Part shown: positions 23,463 to 36,999 of the stretch, one piece after another
How positions within the stretch are numbered: the stretch's first letter is position 1
Layout: every line of letters begins with the position of its first letter
Assembly (NCBI GenBank): GCA_965645245.1
Contig: OZ287070.1
Coordinates: 1,550,001 to 1,614,000 of the forward strand
DNA from: Massalongia carnosa
Lineage: Eukaryota
Direction: 5' to 3'
DNA length: 64,000 nucleotides
Notes under the pieces: model-generated
The model's database searches: none
Told to the model about the DNA's origin: nothing
What the model saw: the letters and a program-made list of their open reading frames with translations, nothing else
Position numbers and translations under genes: made by a program

Positions 23463-26400
23463 ATGGATCATGCAGCTTACCACGTTGTGTACGTCGACAG
23501 CCGCGCAAGTGATGACCTCGACGGGAAGTACATCCAAAAATCTAGGCTTAAACCCCGCGAAGGAGGCGAGCTTGGAGCAAAGGATCCACGGCAGCATCGA
23601 ACGATGGAATACGTTGAGATGATTTTTCCTTTGATCGAAGAGGTGCGCAACAACATCAAAAGCATTCTATCCATCTTTGGTGGAGGTACGTTTTTCCCCT
23701 GGTCGGGACTGAAACCCTTTTGATGGTTTGCTTTGTGGAAAGAACTACAGAATGCCTTGGTGGCGTTTCCCCGAAGCTGATCTGAAGCAGTTTACCTTTG
23801 CACCTCTGGCAATACCTGCATAGCTAAACTTGCGGAGCTTGAGTCCACCGAGACGAACGTGCAGCCCACGCTGGTGATCCTCGAAGCCCCCGCCGATTAT
23901 GAGATCGAGGACGATGGGGTTAAACAGCTTCCGCAATTCCCTTTGAGCTCGCTTCGTTTCCACAAACGCCAAGGGCTTCCGGCGTTCTTGGCGCAAACAG
24001 AGAGCAGCTATGGCCTATCCCTGCTGCAGCGAATATGTGCCGAAATATCTACAGCGAAACTATCGAAGCTGGTCGTTCCCATTGCGATGGTCCCGGCGCT
24101 GGATGCCGGCGTTAACGGCACCCATGGTGACCATCAGCTCCTGAGCAGTCGTCCGCAACGTCTCTCCTCCGGTGGCATACACAAGGTTCCCGCATTCGCG
24201 TCCTCGAACGGAGCAGAGGCGAGTGATAGGAGCGCGATAATGAATCCTCGGCAAGTCTTGCAATGCCTGGAAGCTGGCGCGGTAGATGTTCTCGGAAGCC
24301 CGCTACGGCGAGACCGTCTTTCTGGGCTGGTAACGCATGGATATCGCGCGCAAAAAGAAGCATTCAAGGATCGAGCAGCGCTTCTTGCGACGACTCGGCT
24401 AAGAAAGCGGTCTTGGGTTGGATTTGACGACAAGAAACCATTTGCTTACCTGCGAGAAGAAATGTACGAGGGGCAATCCACGCTCGACTTTCGGCCTCTT
24501 GCTAACTATGGATGTTAGGGTCTCCAACCTTATGACACGTATATGCAACCCCGACCATGTTCAACAGGATTTTGATCAAAGGTACGGTTTCAGCCTGTAT
24601 CCTTGCTTGGCGTAGTTGGCTTACCACGATGCCAGCACGCTATGCATTCCTCCCTTAGAGCGGGAACATGACTTGGTACAAGCAATCGGGTCCTGGGGAT
24701 TCTGTGCCCACAAGTTCAACGATGACGAGCTGTTACACGCTGCCTTTCTTATGCTGCAGCATGCTTTGACTATGCCAGAACTTGACAGTTGGCGGCTGCC
24801 TGCAGGTAAGGATCTCTTGATCAACGTGCGATGCAAACTGAGTTGCACGGACCCCTAATCTGACATACGTGATGCAGATGATCTGAAGACTTTTCTGATG
24901 GCCAGTCGAGCTGCATACAACGACTTCGTGCACTACCACAACTTTCGCCACGTGGTTGATGTTCTTCAGGCCGTTTTCTTCTTCGTAGTGCAGCTTGGCA
25001 CGTTGCCCCCGTTTCCAGCCTCCTCGATTCCACCGGACGCTAGCAAACACCCGTCGCCCGTTGCAGCCCTGCTCAGGCCGTTTGATGCCTTGACTCTCTT
25101 GATATCTGCCATAGGACATGACGTCGGCCATCCCGGTGTCAACAACGCCTTCTTGGTGGTCCTCAAGGCTCCTCTCGCTCAACTGTACAACGACAAATCG
25201 GTCCTGGAATCCTTCCATTGTGCAGCGTACTCGCAAATTTTACGCCGACATTGGAAACATGCGTTCGAGGACATAGCGATGCGGGGGCTACTGATCAGTT
25301 CAATATTGGCTACGGATATGGGGTTGCATTTCAAGTACATGAGTGATCTTGGAAACTTCCAGGATAAAGTTCATCATAATCGTGGGACAGAAGGGTGGAG
25401 CCCCCAGGTTCTAGATGAATATCGCACTCTTACTTGCGGTCTTCTCATCAAATGCGCCGACATCAGCAACGTGGTACGTCCGTATACATTCTCTTTGCAG
25501 TTCTATCCTGACCATCTGACAGGCTCGCCCTTTCGATGTGGCGGCCGAATGGTCAGACTTACTCCAGCGCGAATTCTCCAACCAGGGGATCATGGAAAAG
25601 GAGGTCAATATCCCTACTACTTTGTTCGGTGGGCCCCCGGATCTTGACGATAGCACCAAGCTTGCAAATTCTCAGATCGGTTTCATGAACATATTTGCTC
25701 GTCCGCTGTTCGAGGCCGTTACCGATGTTTTGCCGGCCATGGTGTTTGCGGTGGATGAAATGAAAGAAAACCAGGGCTTGTGGAAACGTAAAATCGACAA
25801 GGCATCGGCGAGCAGAGGACCAAGAAAGCCGAAGAAGAAGTATTCTTCCGAGGACTTTTTATCACCGCGCTCGGGAAGCCCAAATCCCGCGGCCATTCAA
25901 CCTGAGCTGTCTCATCCGGAAGGACTTCCAGCGTCACACTCCTTATCGCTCGTGCCAACGCTTCAATCGATTTCTCAGAACTTCGATACGCTTCGGGAAT
26001 CCCGTAGAGGCTCAGCCGGATCCATTACTCATTTGATTGGAGTTCCTGAATCAAGCTCTCCGTATCAATCGCCCAACATGTCACGACGATCCTCTCTAGG
26101 TCTTCCGCTCGGGTATGGAAGCCCTCGTCACGACTCGACCTCTTTCTCGCGTCGTTCATCAGGTGCGTTTCCAGGTGCAAACCTCTCGAGCCCAAATCTC
26201 ACCAGGAGGAGGTCAAATAACAGCCTTCCTAGTCAGCTGCAGCTAGGGCTAGGGCCTGAACCTGTGATGCACGCTTCCCCCGTCGTTCCCTCGAATGAGA
26301 ATGTTCAACCATTGGAACGTGCGTCCGAGGACACGCTTTCGGGGACTAGGTCTGGAGATTTGAGCCTCCACGATCGGGAAATCCTCCCTGTCGGTGGAGG

Positions 26401-26908
26401 AGGCGATACCAACCACCACAGGGTTAGCAAAGGCGGGGATTCCGACCATATCCCTTCACACCATCACTCTCCGAATTCAGGCCATCAATCAACAAGACAT
26501 ACTCATGTATCGGGAACAGGCCCTATCTCTGTTAACTCAAGCCGAAACCGTAACTCTTCGGGAGCTCATACAAGCCTAACCCAATCCATGCCTTATTCGC
26601 CAACCGGGACGCTAGCGACGAGTTTCCTCACCGTGGACAGTGATGAAAAGAGTTTTCACGGAGGCGGTGAGGACCGGTGCAGTCCAGCAGCCAGGCGGAT
26701 GCCCGATGTTGTCGATGCCGAAAGGCCGGGAAGCGGACACAAGAGACTGTCGAAGCCTGGTCGTGAGGAACACATGAGTACCGGGGGGAGGGATGTGGTG
26801 TCAACTTCCGTCGCTAACGGCGGCGTTTCCACGGGCCATGGTGCCGGCGACAGGGTGCTGACGAGGAAGGGATCGAGGTTTCGGCTGGACTTTTGGCGGA
26901 AAAGGTGA
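23463..26908 (+). CDS. PDE2: High-affinity (class I) cAMP phosphodiesterase, multi-exon (PdeH/Pde2)
   Basis: YHNFRH, HDVGHPGVNN, LESFH, ILATDM, IKCADISN, QIGF motifs; N-terminus MDHAAYHVVYVD; long Ser-rich tail. Confidence 0.95.
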
Positions 26909-27851
26909 CGATTCGAGTCGACGGATTGCCCCAAAATAGGGAGATTTGTTTTCCAACGATGCGAGTCCCTCGATCTTCCAAAAAATATGGCTACATGAAG
27001 ATGTGAATGACGGAGCGACGCCGGTATTCATTGGCCGGATGTGCGGATTGGGGCGTTGATTTCTTTGCACCAGGCGTTATTGTTTTTCTCAGAAAGAAAA
27101 ATCTTCGTTTACCCTGCAAGACAAGTGGTTCTTGTGTACGACCGGGAATTCGGGTTTGTTGATTCTCACTGATACCCTGGGAGGGAATATGTGGCCGGGC
27201 TGGAGCGGCGGTGAACCTGTCCATCTCGGTGTGGCGTGCCATGGCATGGCCGTGCTTTTATTCTAAAGACTCTTCCATTTTTTTCTTTTCTCTCTCTCCC
27301 TCTCTTCTGCTTCCCTTCTTGTTACCTACAGGCAGGAGGCTTTTGCACGGACTATGGGGCTCTTGACGAGTAGGAGAGCAATATTTAGAGCTTGGGTTAT
27401 GAGATGGAGGTTGAGGGGTGGGGGTGTTTCATAGGCGGACAGTGCAGTTTGTTTGGGGTTTTAGTAAAGTCAAAGGGGGGGGAGGGTAGGTGGAAGTACC
27501 AAGGGGGTTGGAAGGGTGGTGAAGGAAAGGAAGGGAGGATTCCCAGAAAAACCAAAGCTCCATGGCTAGGCAGGTACATACATAAAAGGTACATATACAG
27601 TACATCACCTAAACATAAAGACCTTCAGCCGTTCAGTCATTGAGCCAAACAATTCATTGAATATCAAATTGACTTGATCTGAAATATTGCTTACATAACG
27701 TGATTTTGGTATACATATAACATAAAATACTCGATCTCTGGCTCCCAGTTCCCACCATCCAGTTTCCAGCGCCAAGTTCCGACGTCTTCGCACATTCAAA
27801 GTGCCCGCGCAATACCTGTCCCAATGGCCCACCCATGACCCTCTCCGCGAC

Positions 27852-28914
27852 ATGAACAATGCTGCATCTTCATCCTCTCAACCCCAACCACACCATGCGG
27901 ACGGTCAAAGGCCCCTCAACAATCATGACCCGCTCTCCGAGGCGGAGGCGGACGGGAGGGGTGGAGAAACGGGCCAGCAGCGCAAGAGGGATATAACACG
28001 AAGGCAGAAAATAGTCTTCCTTGACCATCTGATCCGCGAGTTCGACATCGTGATCTACTGCCAGCTTTCGATCCTCTACTATATGGAGTAACTCCCCCTT
28101 TCTCCCAATCCTTACCACTCGGCTAACCACCCACCCCCCCCCCCCTCCCTCCTCGGTCCACCTCAGCATCTCCCTTCTCAAACTCCTCGTCCGCGGGCCC
28201 CTCCATTTCATCTACCTAACGCCCAAACCACATCCCCCTTCCATCCTGCCTCTGTCTCCCCTCCCTCCCCTCCCCTTCATCGCCCTCGCAACCCTCGTCC
28301 CCTTCCTCCTCCACACCTTCACCAACCCGCCCTCCGCAAGCGAAACCAGCCGCGGCTATCTCCACGGCGGCTTCGTGATCGACTTCGTTGGCCAGAGAGC
28401 TCCGGCGCCGAAAATCGCGCTGCTAGCGCTGGACCTGTTGGTTCTAGGCCTGCAGGTCGTGATGACTGCGCTGGTGAGGCAGAGACGGGCGCTGGACGCC
28501 CAAGCCGCGCCAGGGCCAGCCTCGCAGCCGGGGAGAAGGCAAGATCACGATGCCGAGGAACGCGGCGTTTTGCTCCCGCCCTCGCCCAGCCCACCAGCAG
28601 CGGTGGTGGTGCAGCGCTTCTCGCGTGGAGGAAATGCGCGCGCGGACCGCGAGCCAGGCGCGGTCCTCCCTTCCACTAGGGCCCATTCCTCGGACGCTGA
28701 CGACGACAACGATGTGGCCGCGGCTGCGGATGCCAACGAGCCGCCGCACCCTCTCGACACCTTTCGCTCCGGGCAATACGTGATCTCGACCGTAAACGTG
28801 ATGGACGCGATGCTGTGGGTGGGAAGAAGGAGGAGGGGACCGCGGCAGGACAGTCGCGGCGCTGGCTCGGCCGTGGGGATTTTTGGAGCTGCGGGTGCGT
28901 CTGCGGAAGGATAA
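27852..28914 (+). CDS. DUF1746 membrane protein (Dsc4-like subunit of the Dsc E3 ligase), one intron 28088-28166
   Basis: LDHLIREFDIVIYCQLSILYYMD, RGYLHGGFVIDFVGQ, LDLLVLGLQ, QDHDAEERGV motifs. Confidence 0.8.
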
Positions 28915-29184
28915 TTGGGTTGGGGGGGGGTGGTGGGGTAATAGGAATGGAAATACATATGTGGGTATGGTGAGGATTGGGGGGGGGGGGGGGGGAAGAT
29001 AGCGAATGATTGCATGATGGATGGAGACGGAAGGGACTTGGATCGAATGAATGGACGGATGTATTGCTCGAATCGATAAAATCGAAGAAACTAATAAACC
29101 CCCTTTTGTGTCCATTCATCCATCCACATTACCACACCCACAACCAAAACCCTCAATTCCAATCCCCCCCACCCTCCCCTACCC

Positions 29185-30996
29185 CTACCCCTGCTCCTTC
29201 CCCTTCCCTCCCCCCACATCGCCTACCTTGGGCGGCAGCACCAAGACGCTGCGATCGTTGCGGCGGTAGAAATCGGCAATCACGCCCGCCGTCTTCGCGG
29301 CCTGGTCTTCGTGGATGAAATGGCCCGCTTCGGGGAAGACGTGCAGTTGGTATTTGCCTGATTGGTTCGGTGGGGTGTTAGCGGGTGAGGAAATCAAAAC
29401 CCCCCTCACAAAAATAAAAAAAAATAGAGGGAGAGGGTGGGTTGAATGTGGTTTTTGGATGAAACCATAAGAGGGAAAAAAAAAGAATCGATGGTTGGGG
29501 AAAAGACGATAAGGGATGTAAAAGTACCTTGCATCTGCCCAATCATCAGCTCCTTATCTAACCGATCCGTGCCCGCGAGCAGCAGCAGTTTCCCCCCCCC
29601 GGCCTTCAGGAACTTGGCGCTCAAGCCCGCGAACCAGCCCGTCCAGAACGGCTGCGTAGCCGCAAGGTCGGTGTGCCAGGTCCAGGGGCCGGGAGCGGAG
29701 GCGCCGTCGGGAAGGGGCGGGCGCAGGTCCTGGCGGCGGAGGAGGGAGGGGACGGAGATGCGGGCCGAGGTTTGATCGCGGATGGTACGGGTGCGGATGC
29801 TATGGTGTCTCGCGTTGGAAAATGGGGAGAGAGATGGAGGGGCCATGGGGGGGAAGGATAGGTGGGACGGGCAAGGGGGAGACTTACTGCCATTCGATGC
29901 CCGAGGCGAGGGAGGGAAATGAACTTGGGCGGGTGGAGAGGTAGGACTGCATGCTTTGTAGCGCTTCGATGGCCGAGCCTGCAACTCAGACATGTGCGTG
30001 AGTGTTGCGTCAAGACGGGGAAGTTGGGGATGATCCTCAGGAGGGGTAAAAGAAAACACCTTCGACCACGTCGAGGACAGCATAGCACAGCACCGCCCTG
30101 CCCAGTTTCCCGCTCATCGCCACATCCGTAACCACCGCTCCACCGAGGCTGTGGCCCACCAGCACCAACCCAGGCATTTTGCCCCACGCCAGCTTCCGCT
30201 GCGTCAGCAAAATCACGTCCACCAAATCCTGGCTCATCGTCCCCAAGCTCAGATCGGGGACCTCGTCGCCCGCGGATATGCCAACCTTCTTGACGGACGT
30301 TTCCCCATGGCCCCGAGCGTCCAGCGAGAGCACGCCAGCGTGCGGAAGCGCTTTGTGGACCTCCGAGGCGAACAGCGCAAACGAGAGGCCTGTGGAGCCG
30401 GCGCCGTGGTGGGTTACGATGAGGGGACCTTGGGCTGTTGGGGGGATGATGTAGATGTGGTGGGTGATGGTTTCGGTGGAGCGGGTGTTTTCTAGGTAGA
30501 ATTCTTGGGTGAAGAAGTCGCTCCAGGGGATAGGGTTAAGGGATATTTGGCCGGGGGTGGAACTGATTGAAGGGAAGGGGTTAGACAAAGTCGAGGGGGA
30601 AGTAGAGGAAGAAGAAGAAGAAGAAGAAGAAGCAGCAGAGACGAAAAAGCCCAATGATATTCAACAGCACAACGAAGCACATTGTGAAATCAATAATAAA
30701 CATCCCATACCCAGAAGAAAAAACGCATAAGAGTCTACGAACCCCTTAGGTCTCGCAAAGAGATGCTTACTCGGCGAAGGCTTAATAGTTCTTGTCGAAG
30801 ACGCCGACGATGCCGAAGACGAATCATCGTCCTGCGCTGGGGGCTGCCCCTCGACTCCCTCTCCTTCTTCATCTCCGTTCCCTTCTTCCTCATCTTCTTC
30901 CTCTTCTTCTAAAAACGATATCGTCTGAGGCAATGGTGGTTCGAATGGCAGACCCGCGAGTTTGGCTTTGGCAAAAGAACGTTGAAGATGGCTCAT
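29185..30996 (-). CDS. PPE1: Protein phosphatase methylesterase 1 (PME-1), multi-exon
   Basis: HHGAGSTGLSFA, DARGHG, GHSLGG, LDVVEGSA, GTDRLDKELMIGQMQGKYQL, GHFIHED. Confidence 0.95.
30608..30632. repeat. (GAA)n microsatellite inside first PPE1 intron
   Basis: Directly visible; lies between the intron donor and the TCTAAC branch site on the minus strand. Confidence 0.8.
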
Positions 30997-31456
30997 GATA
31001 TCTGGAGTGGGAGGGTAATCGAGCTTTTACGAGCTTGGTAGGTGAACTCTAGACCATTGCATGGAAGAAAACCTAGCAAAGACTAAAAGATTGTTTTATC
31101 GCCAAGTCAATGGCATTGATACCACACGAGTAACCGGCGGTATCTATTTTCCCTTATAATGACGTCTCATGAGGCCATTGCCCGGCTTCATCAAGGCAGT
31201 TGAACTATGTCCTCTACATCCCACTGACATGAATGGGAGACAAGAACGAGGATCTCATAACTGCTGCACGGATTGACCAATCAAATTAGGTGTGCTGTGC
31301 GCTCCGACCTCAACTATATACCTATGACTTTTGCTGCTCGTTGAAGTCACTTTAAGTCAACGGTAAAACCAAGAGAAAAAATTATCCCGACATCGCCAAA
31401 CAACGCTATATGTACTTGGATCCCCATTGACAAGTCTTCCCGACAAAAGTATCCCG

Positions 31457-33122
31457 CTAAGCCTTCTCTCGAACAAGTTCACCTAATCTCTGTTCCATAA
31501 TCCTTCTCCCTTCCAGAGTCAACCACACCTGGTGAGGGGCCCCGTTGATCACATCCCACGAGACCAGCTTATCCGTCAACGTGGTAAGGTCCTTTTGCTT
31601 CTCTGCCCATTCGTCGTCCCTTCGGTTTTGAATGCCTGAGCTAATGACCACCAACGGTGTTCTCCGACTTTGAATGTTTCTCGCCTGCAAGACCTCGTTT
31701 CTTGTGAGCGAGTTCGCGACAAGATTTTCTTGCAACTTGGCCTTGATGAACTTCCCGCTTTGGTATGCCGACTTGCCATATATGCGATCTTGGCGGGTGC
31801 GGCCGTTAAAAAGGGCACCGGCTAGGCGATCATAACCCAACGGCGAAATCACGCCACGAGCCCAGAGAAGGAAGCCTCGTCGCGGTGAGCCAATCCTGTG
31901 TAGGAGATCCTCGTGGAGCGCATCGACAAGGAAAATACCTTGAATCTGTCGCAAATGCCGACTTGCAAAGATGCGGCTGTAAATGCCGCCAACCCCTGCT
32001 GACACTAATACCCAAGGAGATTTCTCGCCTGCACGGACTAGAGCCTCCGATAAAGCATCCGAGGTCATGCCAGCAGAATGTGGTGAGGGTGCGTTGTCGG
32101 ACCAAGCAAAGCCCGGGCGATCGTAATAGCAGTAACGGTCGATGGTGCCGTTGCGATAGGAATCGTAGATCCAATCGTCGAATGTGTCTTCAAGAGGATC
32201 CTCGCCCGCTTCAACTAGAACAGTAGGATTGCGCTTACCCTCTACGTTATATGTGACCTCACCAACGCACCCCAAGTGGAGCTCATACTTGTCTCCATCA
32301 ACGTAGTATCTTTTCCCTGGAGGGCCCAACGAGGCATCGCGGGAACGTAGGATTAGCGTCGCTGTAAGCAACACCACCACCACGACCATCACTGTCAATA
32401 TAAGAGCTTCTATGAGTACGGCACACCATTGACGAAGCGTTCGCCGAGTTTCGGTTCGCCCGGTCAGGCGTTCCTCCTCTTCCTTCTTTCCCCACGCCAC
32501 GACACGGTCGGTCAACACGTTGTACAGTGCAATCAGGGTTGCCCAGATCACAGATGCAATGCCCACCCAGCCTTCTTCAGCTCGTAAACGGGCCACGGAA
32601 AGGATAATGATCATGTCGATCACAAGGAAGCCCGCCACAATGAGACTTCCAATTTCCATTGCCTTGGAGGGAGTCGAGAAGAAGAGTATCGCGATCAGAA
32701 GATTCCCAACCGTCAGGGTGGTGTAGGAGAAGTCGAAGAACCCAGATCCGCGAGAATGCATCATTGGCGGGCTAACGAAGATGGAGATGAGCAAGACCAC
32801 CCACCAGAGAAAGGTAATGATTAGAAAGAGGATTGAGAGGTAATGCAGTGCCCTGACGCTCCAGAGATTGAGGGGCGATACCTACAAAGTGTCAGCGTTG
32901 GGTACAGTCCTTGAGGAGTGCCACCGCTCTCACGGCTGGATCATCTGGATCAAGGAAGCCATCCCTCCGAGGGGGAAGTAGACGGGTTCGCTCATCTGCG
33001 TCACGGCCTTCTGAGCGACGTGGGGGTGGTTGTCGACTCTCTTCTCCGCCCGTTGGAGTTGAATCACCATCACCATCTTCATGTTCGTCTTCGTCGTTTT
33101 TCGAGCCCCACAGAGAAACCAT
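31457..33122 (-). CDS. Conserved fungal integral membrane protein with C-terminal alpha/beta hydrolase fold (one intron)
   Basis: ERTRLL..DPDDPAVSPLNLW N-terminus, several hydrophobic helices, then CYYDRPGFAWSDNAPSPHSAG and LVSAGVGG. Confidence 0.85.
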
Positions 33123-33613
33123 GTTCAAGGTTGGGGACAAGCAGTCACGCTTTGGCCTTTATCGCCAAGGCTTTGGAGGGATTTTGAGGAGGTTGCTTTA
33201 CCCAAGAATTAGCAATGGTAGTTAGCATTATGGTTGTTGAAAGGACTTCCCTTACCTCGCTTCAGTCTTTTTCAATGCAACGTACGGTACGATGGTCAAA
33301 GCGACTATGAGGAATCGAAAGGTGAAAAGGTGAAAGGTGAAAGATAAAAGGTGAGGATTAGTGACCACAAAGAAGATGGAGTTGGCCTTGTTACCGTGCG
33401 GGGGAATGTCCGTAGCTTGGAAGGAGGAATTCGGCGGGAGCTTGGCAGCAGGCGAGCTGCAAAAGGTTCGTCATCGAAATGTCTTGACATTTTCTTGCGT
33501 CATCGATCCTGGGCCGGCAACGAGAGAGAAGAAAAGTACATACTACAGATGGGACGTACAGAGTAAACCTACTCCATAACGAGTATAGAGGATTCACTTC
33601 TGCATCTCCATCC

Positions 33614-33665
33614 CTCTGCCTCTGCCTCTGCCTCTGCCTCTGCCTCTGCCTCTGCATCTGCATCT
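33614..33665. repeat. (CTCTGC)n microsatellite
   Basis: Directly visible hexamer array. Confidence 0.9.
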
Positions 33666-33936
33666 ACGCTCAGGGGAATTCTCGTAAATGGATGTTGATG
33701 CTGCCTCGGTCGGACGACGATCAACGCGCCAGTCGTCTATCAAGCATCAAGCATAAAGGGATGAGATGATGGGAGCTTTCGTGAACGAGCTTTATCCACT
33801 CGGCATGTACAAGTTGATGGCCAACCACCTCTCACTGTGCAGTTCGTTTATCTAATCAAGTGTGCGAGTAGGTATGCATTGGTTTACGGATAAGTACGTT
33901 CAACGTATCAGATCACCATGTTTTTCTATGTCCCCT

Positions 33937-36245
33937 TTAGTCACCTCTTCCTTTTGTTGCATCAGCCTTGATCAGATCGGCTGCCTTCTCCGCAACCGCA
34001 TACGTCAAGCTCACCACTACGCAGAAATTGCATCAGTATTGCATCAGTATTGCATCAAAAAGGCCGGATCATCCCCCTCAGTCATCAAAGAAGCAGCACT
34101 TACGATTAGCCCTCACGTGCAACGGGAAAACGCTGGCATCAACCACCCGTAGGTTTCGGGTCCCATACACCCTGAGTCGCTCGTCCACCACTCCGCCTTG
34201 GTTGCGCGGAGACATGGTGCAGGTACCGCAAGGATGATACTCGGAAGTCAACGTCCGCTTAATATGTGCCCTGACATTGGTCTCGTTCAACTCGGTATAT
34301 CCAGGCTGAAATACGTGACCCTTGCCTTTGAGAAGGGAGGCCAAAGGTTCTGTGCGGGCGACTGACTGGAGATGGAGCATAATATCGGCGTAAATCTCTA
34401 AATCGATCTCTGCACCTAAGTAATCTGGATCGATGGCAGGATAGACCGCGGGATCAGAACTGACAATGTGTACGGACCCTCGAGAAAAAGGATGCTCAAG
34501 AACGGCCAAGAGCGAGATATACGAGCCAGGTGACAACGTGCTGAATAGTTTAGCAACCACCGGCTCTCCAGGGGTCATGCCGGCTTGCACAAAGAGATTC
34601 TGTGCCGTGGCTTCCTTGGCGTCTAGAGTCTTGAGGCGTGTGAGCTCATGCTGACGAGCTAATCCAGGGTTGGCGGCCGCTTGGCTGTGCGATATGACCG
34701 TGTTGATACCCTTGAGGATTTTGCCCTTATCTGAAGCAGGTAGGAGCTGTTTGTAACTCAGAAGTGCACTCGAGCAGCCACCAGCCGAGAGTGGGCCAGT
34801 GTGGTTCGTGAGATACGTTGCGACAGCGGCATCGAAAAGCTTTCTGTCACGGAAAGAGTCGAAGCTGAACACATCGTCTTCAAGCTCGAAACCTAGGGGA
34901 ACTAGCGGATGATCCTGAAGATTTTCACCCACATGGGTATTAGCGTAAAGCACCTCGATGTTGTTTTGGTGCAGAATATCTGCGGAACCGATTCCGGACA
35001 ATTCCAGAATCTTAGGACTTTCAAAGGCTCCAGCAGAGAGGATAACCTCTTTCCTAGCTTCCACCACATGGCTCTTACCATACGCTTGAAATCGAACTCC
35101 ATTCGCGATAAGGGGTCCCTTGTTATGTTTTCTATCAAAAATAACCTTTTCAACTAGTGCTCCTGTCAGTACGTGTAGATTTGGGCGCGATGCTGCTGGC
35201 TTGTAATAGGCAATTCCTGCATGTGATCTCGTCGCAGATTTGGGGTCAACCGTGGATGGGTTGGTAAATCCCCCAAGCGCCAAACCTGCTTTCGGATCCC
35301 CGCTTGCTCCAAGACCCAGGGTTTCGTATGTACCTGAGAAGACTAAATATCAGCCTATACTGACGGGGTAGCTAAGAAAATGGTTGATGCAGTCAAATAG
35401 CCCAATCCACCGAATACAGCTTAAACGAATAGGAGCCTATCAATACTCAAAAGACGATGGGAGAACTTACGTGGCCAAGCTTCCTGCACAGGTCCATAGA
35501 ATTCCGGAAAACTATCAATCACTGGACCATATTCCCCATGTACGGAAGGATCAAACTTCAACTCAGTTTCCAAGGCTTGGGCAGTTTGAGTTGCGGGGGA
35601 AACATATGTCTCGGACTTGAGAAAATAAGGCAAGAGCGAGTCCCAACTCCAGCCTTCGTTGCCTAATCTGCCCCAATCGTTGATGTCCGCCTGAGAAGCA
35701 TGGGTCCAGAACAACGCGTTGATTGCGGAGCTTCCGCCGAGTTGCTTGCCCCGAGGATGTCCAACAGCTCGCCCATCAAGGTGCACCTGGACAAAGTCAG
35801 AAGATGCACAATCCGTGGGAAGCTGCGAGAAGCCATAATTTTACCTGGGGCGTAGTTTGGAAGATCTACGGGAACATCGACATTAGCAGATACAACGAAG
35901 GCGATGAGACATAAAAAGGGTACATACCCAGTCATATGTATCGTTGCCCCATAATGATAGCGCCAAGCCTGGAGTCAATATGGCAAAGTCATTGATATGG
36001 TTTTGGCCCTATCCAGCATAAGCTCGAGGATCAGAATTGCGGTTTAAAACCGACATACAGCTTCTAGAACGGCAACAGTGATATGAGGATCCTCGGTTAG
36101 TCGATTGGCAACGGTCAAGCCTGCTGTGCCGCCACCGGCAATAATATCTGTTGACGGTGAGAATCAGATCAATATATCATGGATGGAATCAATGACAATC
36201 ATATTGGATGGAGCTGAATGCTTCCACTAACGAAAGCGCTGACAT
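33937..36245 (-). CDS. GMC oxidoreductase (FAD), multi-exon
   Basis: Spliced YDYIIAGGGTAGLTVANRLTED..VLEAG FAD motif, RGKQLGGSSAIN, EVILSAGAFESPKILELSGIG, VGENLQDH, EYHPCGTC, LRVVDAS, YAVAEKAADLI. Confidence 0.93.
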
Positions 36246-36756
36246 GATGTCTATTCACCAACAAGGCTTGCAGACGGGACTGGAGAGATGTGCTCTTTGG
36301 AGCAATTGGGGTTTGAGCGGACGCGGAATAGGAGTTGCTCTCAATCTCTATCTTCTATAATCGTGCTTTCGACTCGATATTTATACAAGATGTGATCCAA
36401 ACCCCTCGCTCAGTCTCGTTCCACCGTAATTAGACCCCCGTTAATACTATGGATTTGTTTACTCATCCCAACGAATAGTCAAGCGCCCTTTTACAGCATG
36501 ATCGAGCCCAAGACGAGAGGCGCGGTCACGCTGCCTAAAGCTTGTATCGAAACGACATCATTGCATCGGGTCGTAGGCGGCGATCTAATTAGGTGGCTCT
36601 CTTTCCACATTGCACGTAGTCAAACGAGCCATGCGCAGACGAGATGTCGACCGGACCACGCGCATCGAATGAGCAACGAAACCAAAAGGAGCACTTGCAG
36701 TAGGCACAGTCAGGTTCCAAGCCTTTGGGACTTATCTTGCTGACTCGGCACCATGG

Positions 36757-36999
36757 CACGCGGTGCGAAAAATAGTTGACACACCAAAAATATAAAATAA
36801 TTATGATAGGCTACATCGTTAAGTAATACATTTCAAAAAAGTTAAGGTGAATTTGAACACATAACTCTATTACTCTATCAAGTCTGTTTTACTGGTTCAT
36901 CTGTTGTTGATTTTCTATATTATGTTGAAGCTTTGATAGTTGTGTAGTTTTATGCGTACTGACGAGTTTTGGTGTGTCAACTTTTTTTCGCACCGCGTG
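36757..36999. mobile_element. Non-autonomous MITE, 243 bp, 33-bp TIR, 5-bp TSD CATGG
   Basis: Left CACGCGGTGCGAAAAATAGTTGACACACCAAAA vs reverse complement of right end (one mismatch); CATGG at 36752-36756 and 37000-37004; AT-rich non-coding interior. Confidence 0.92.
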
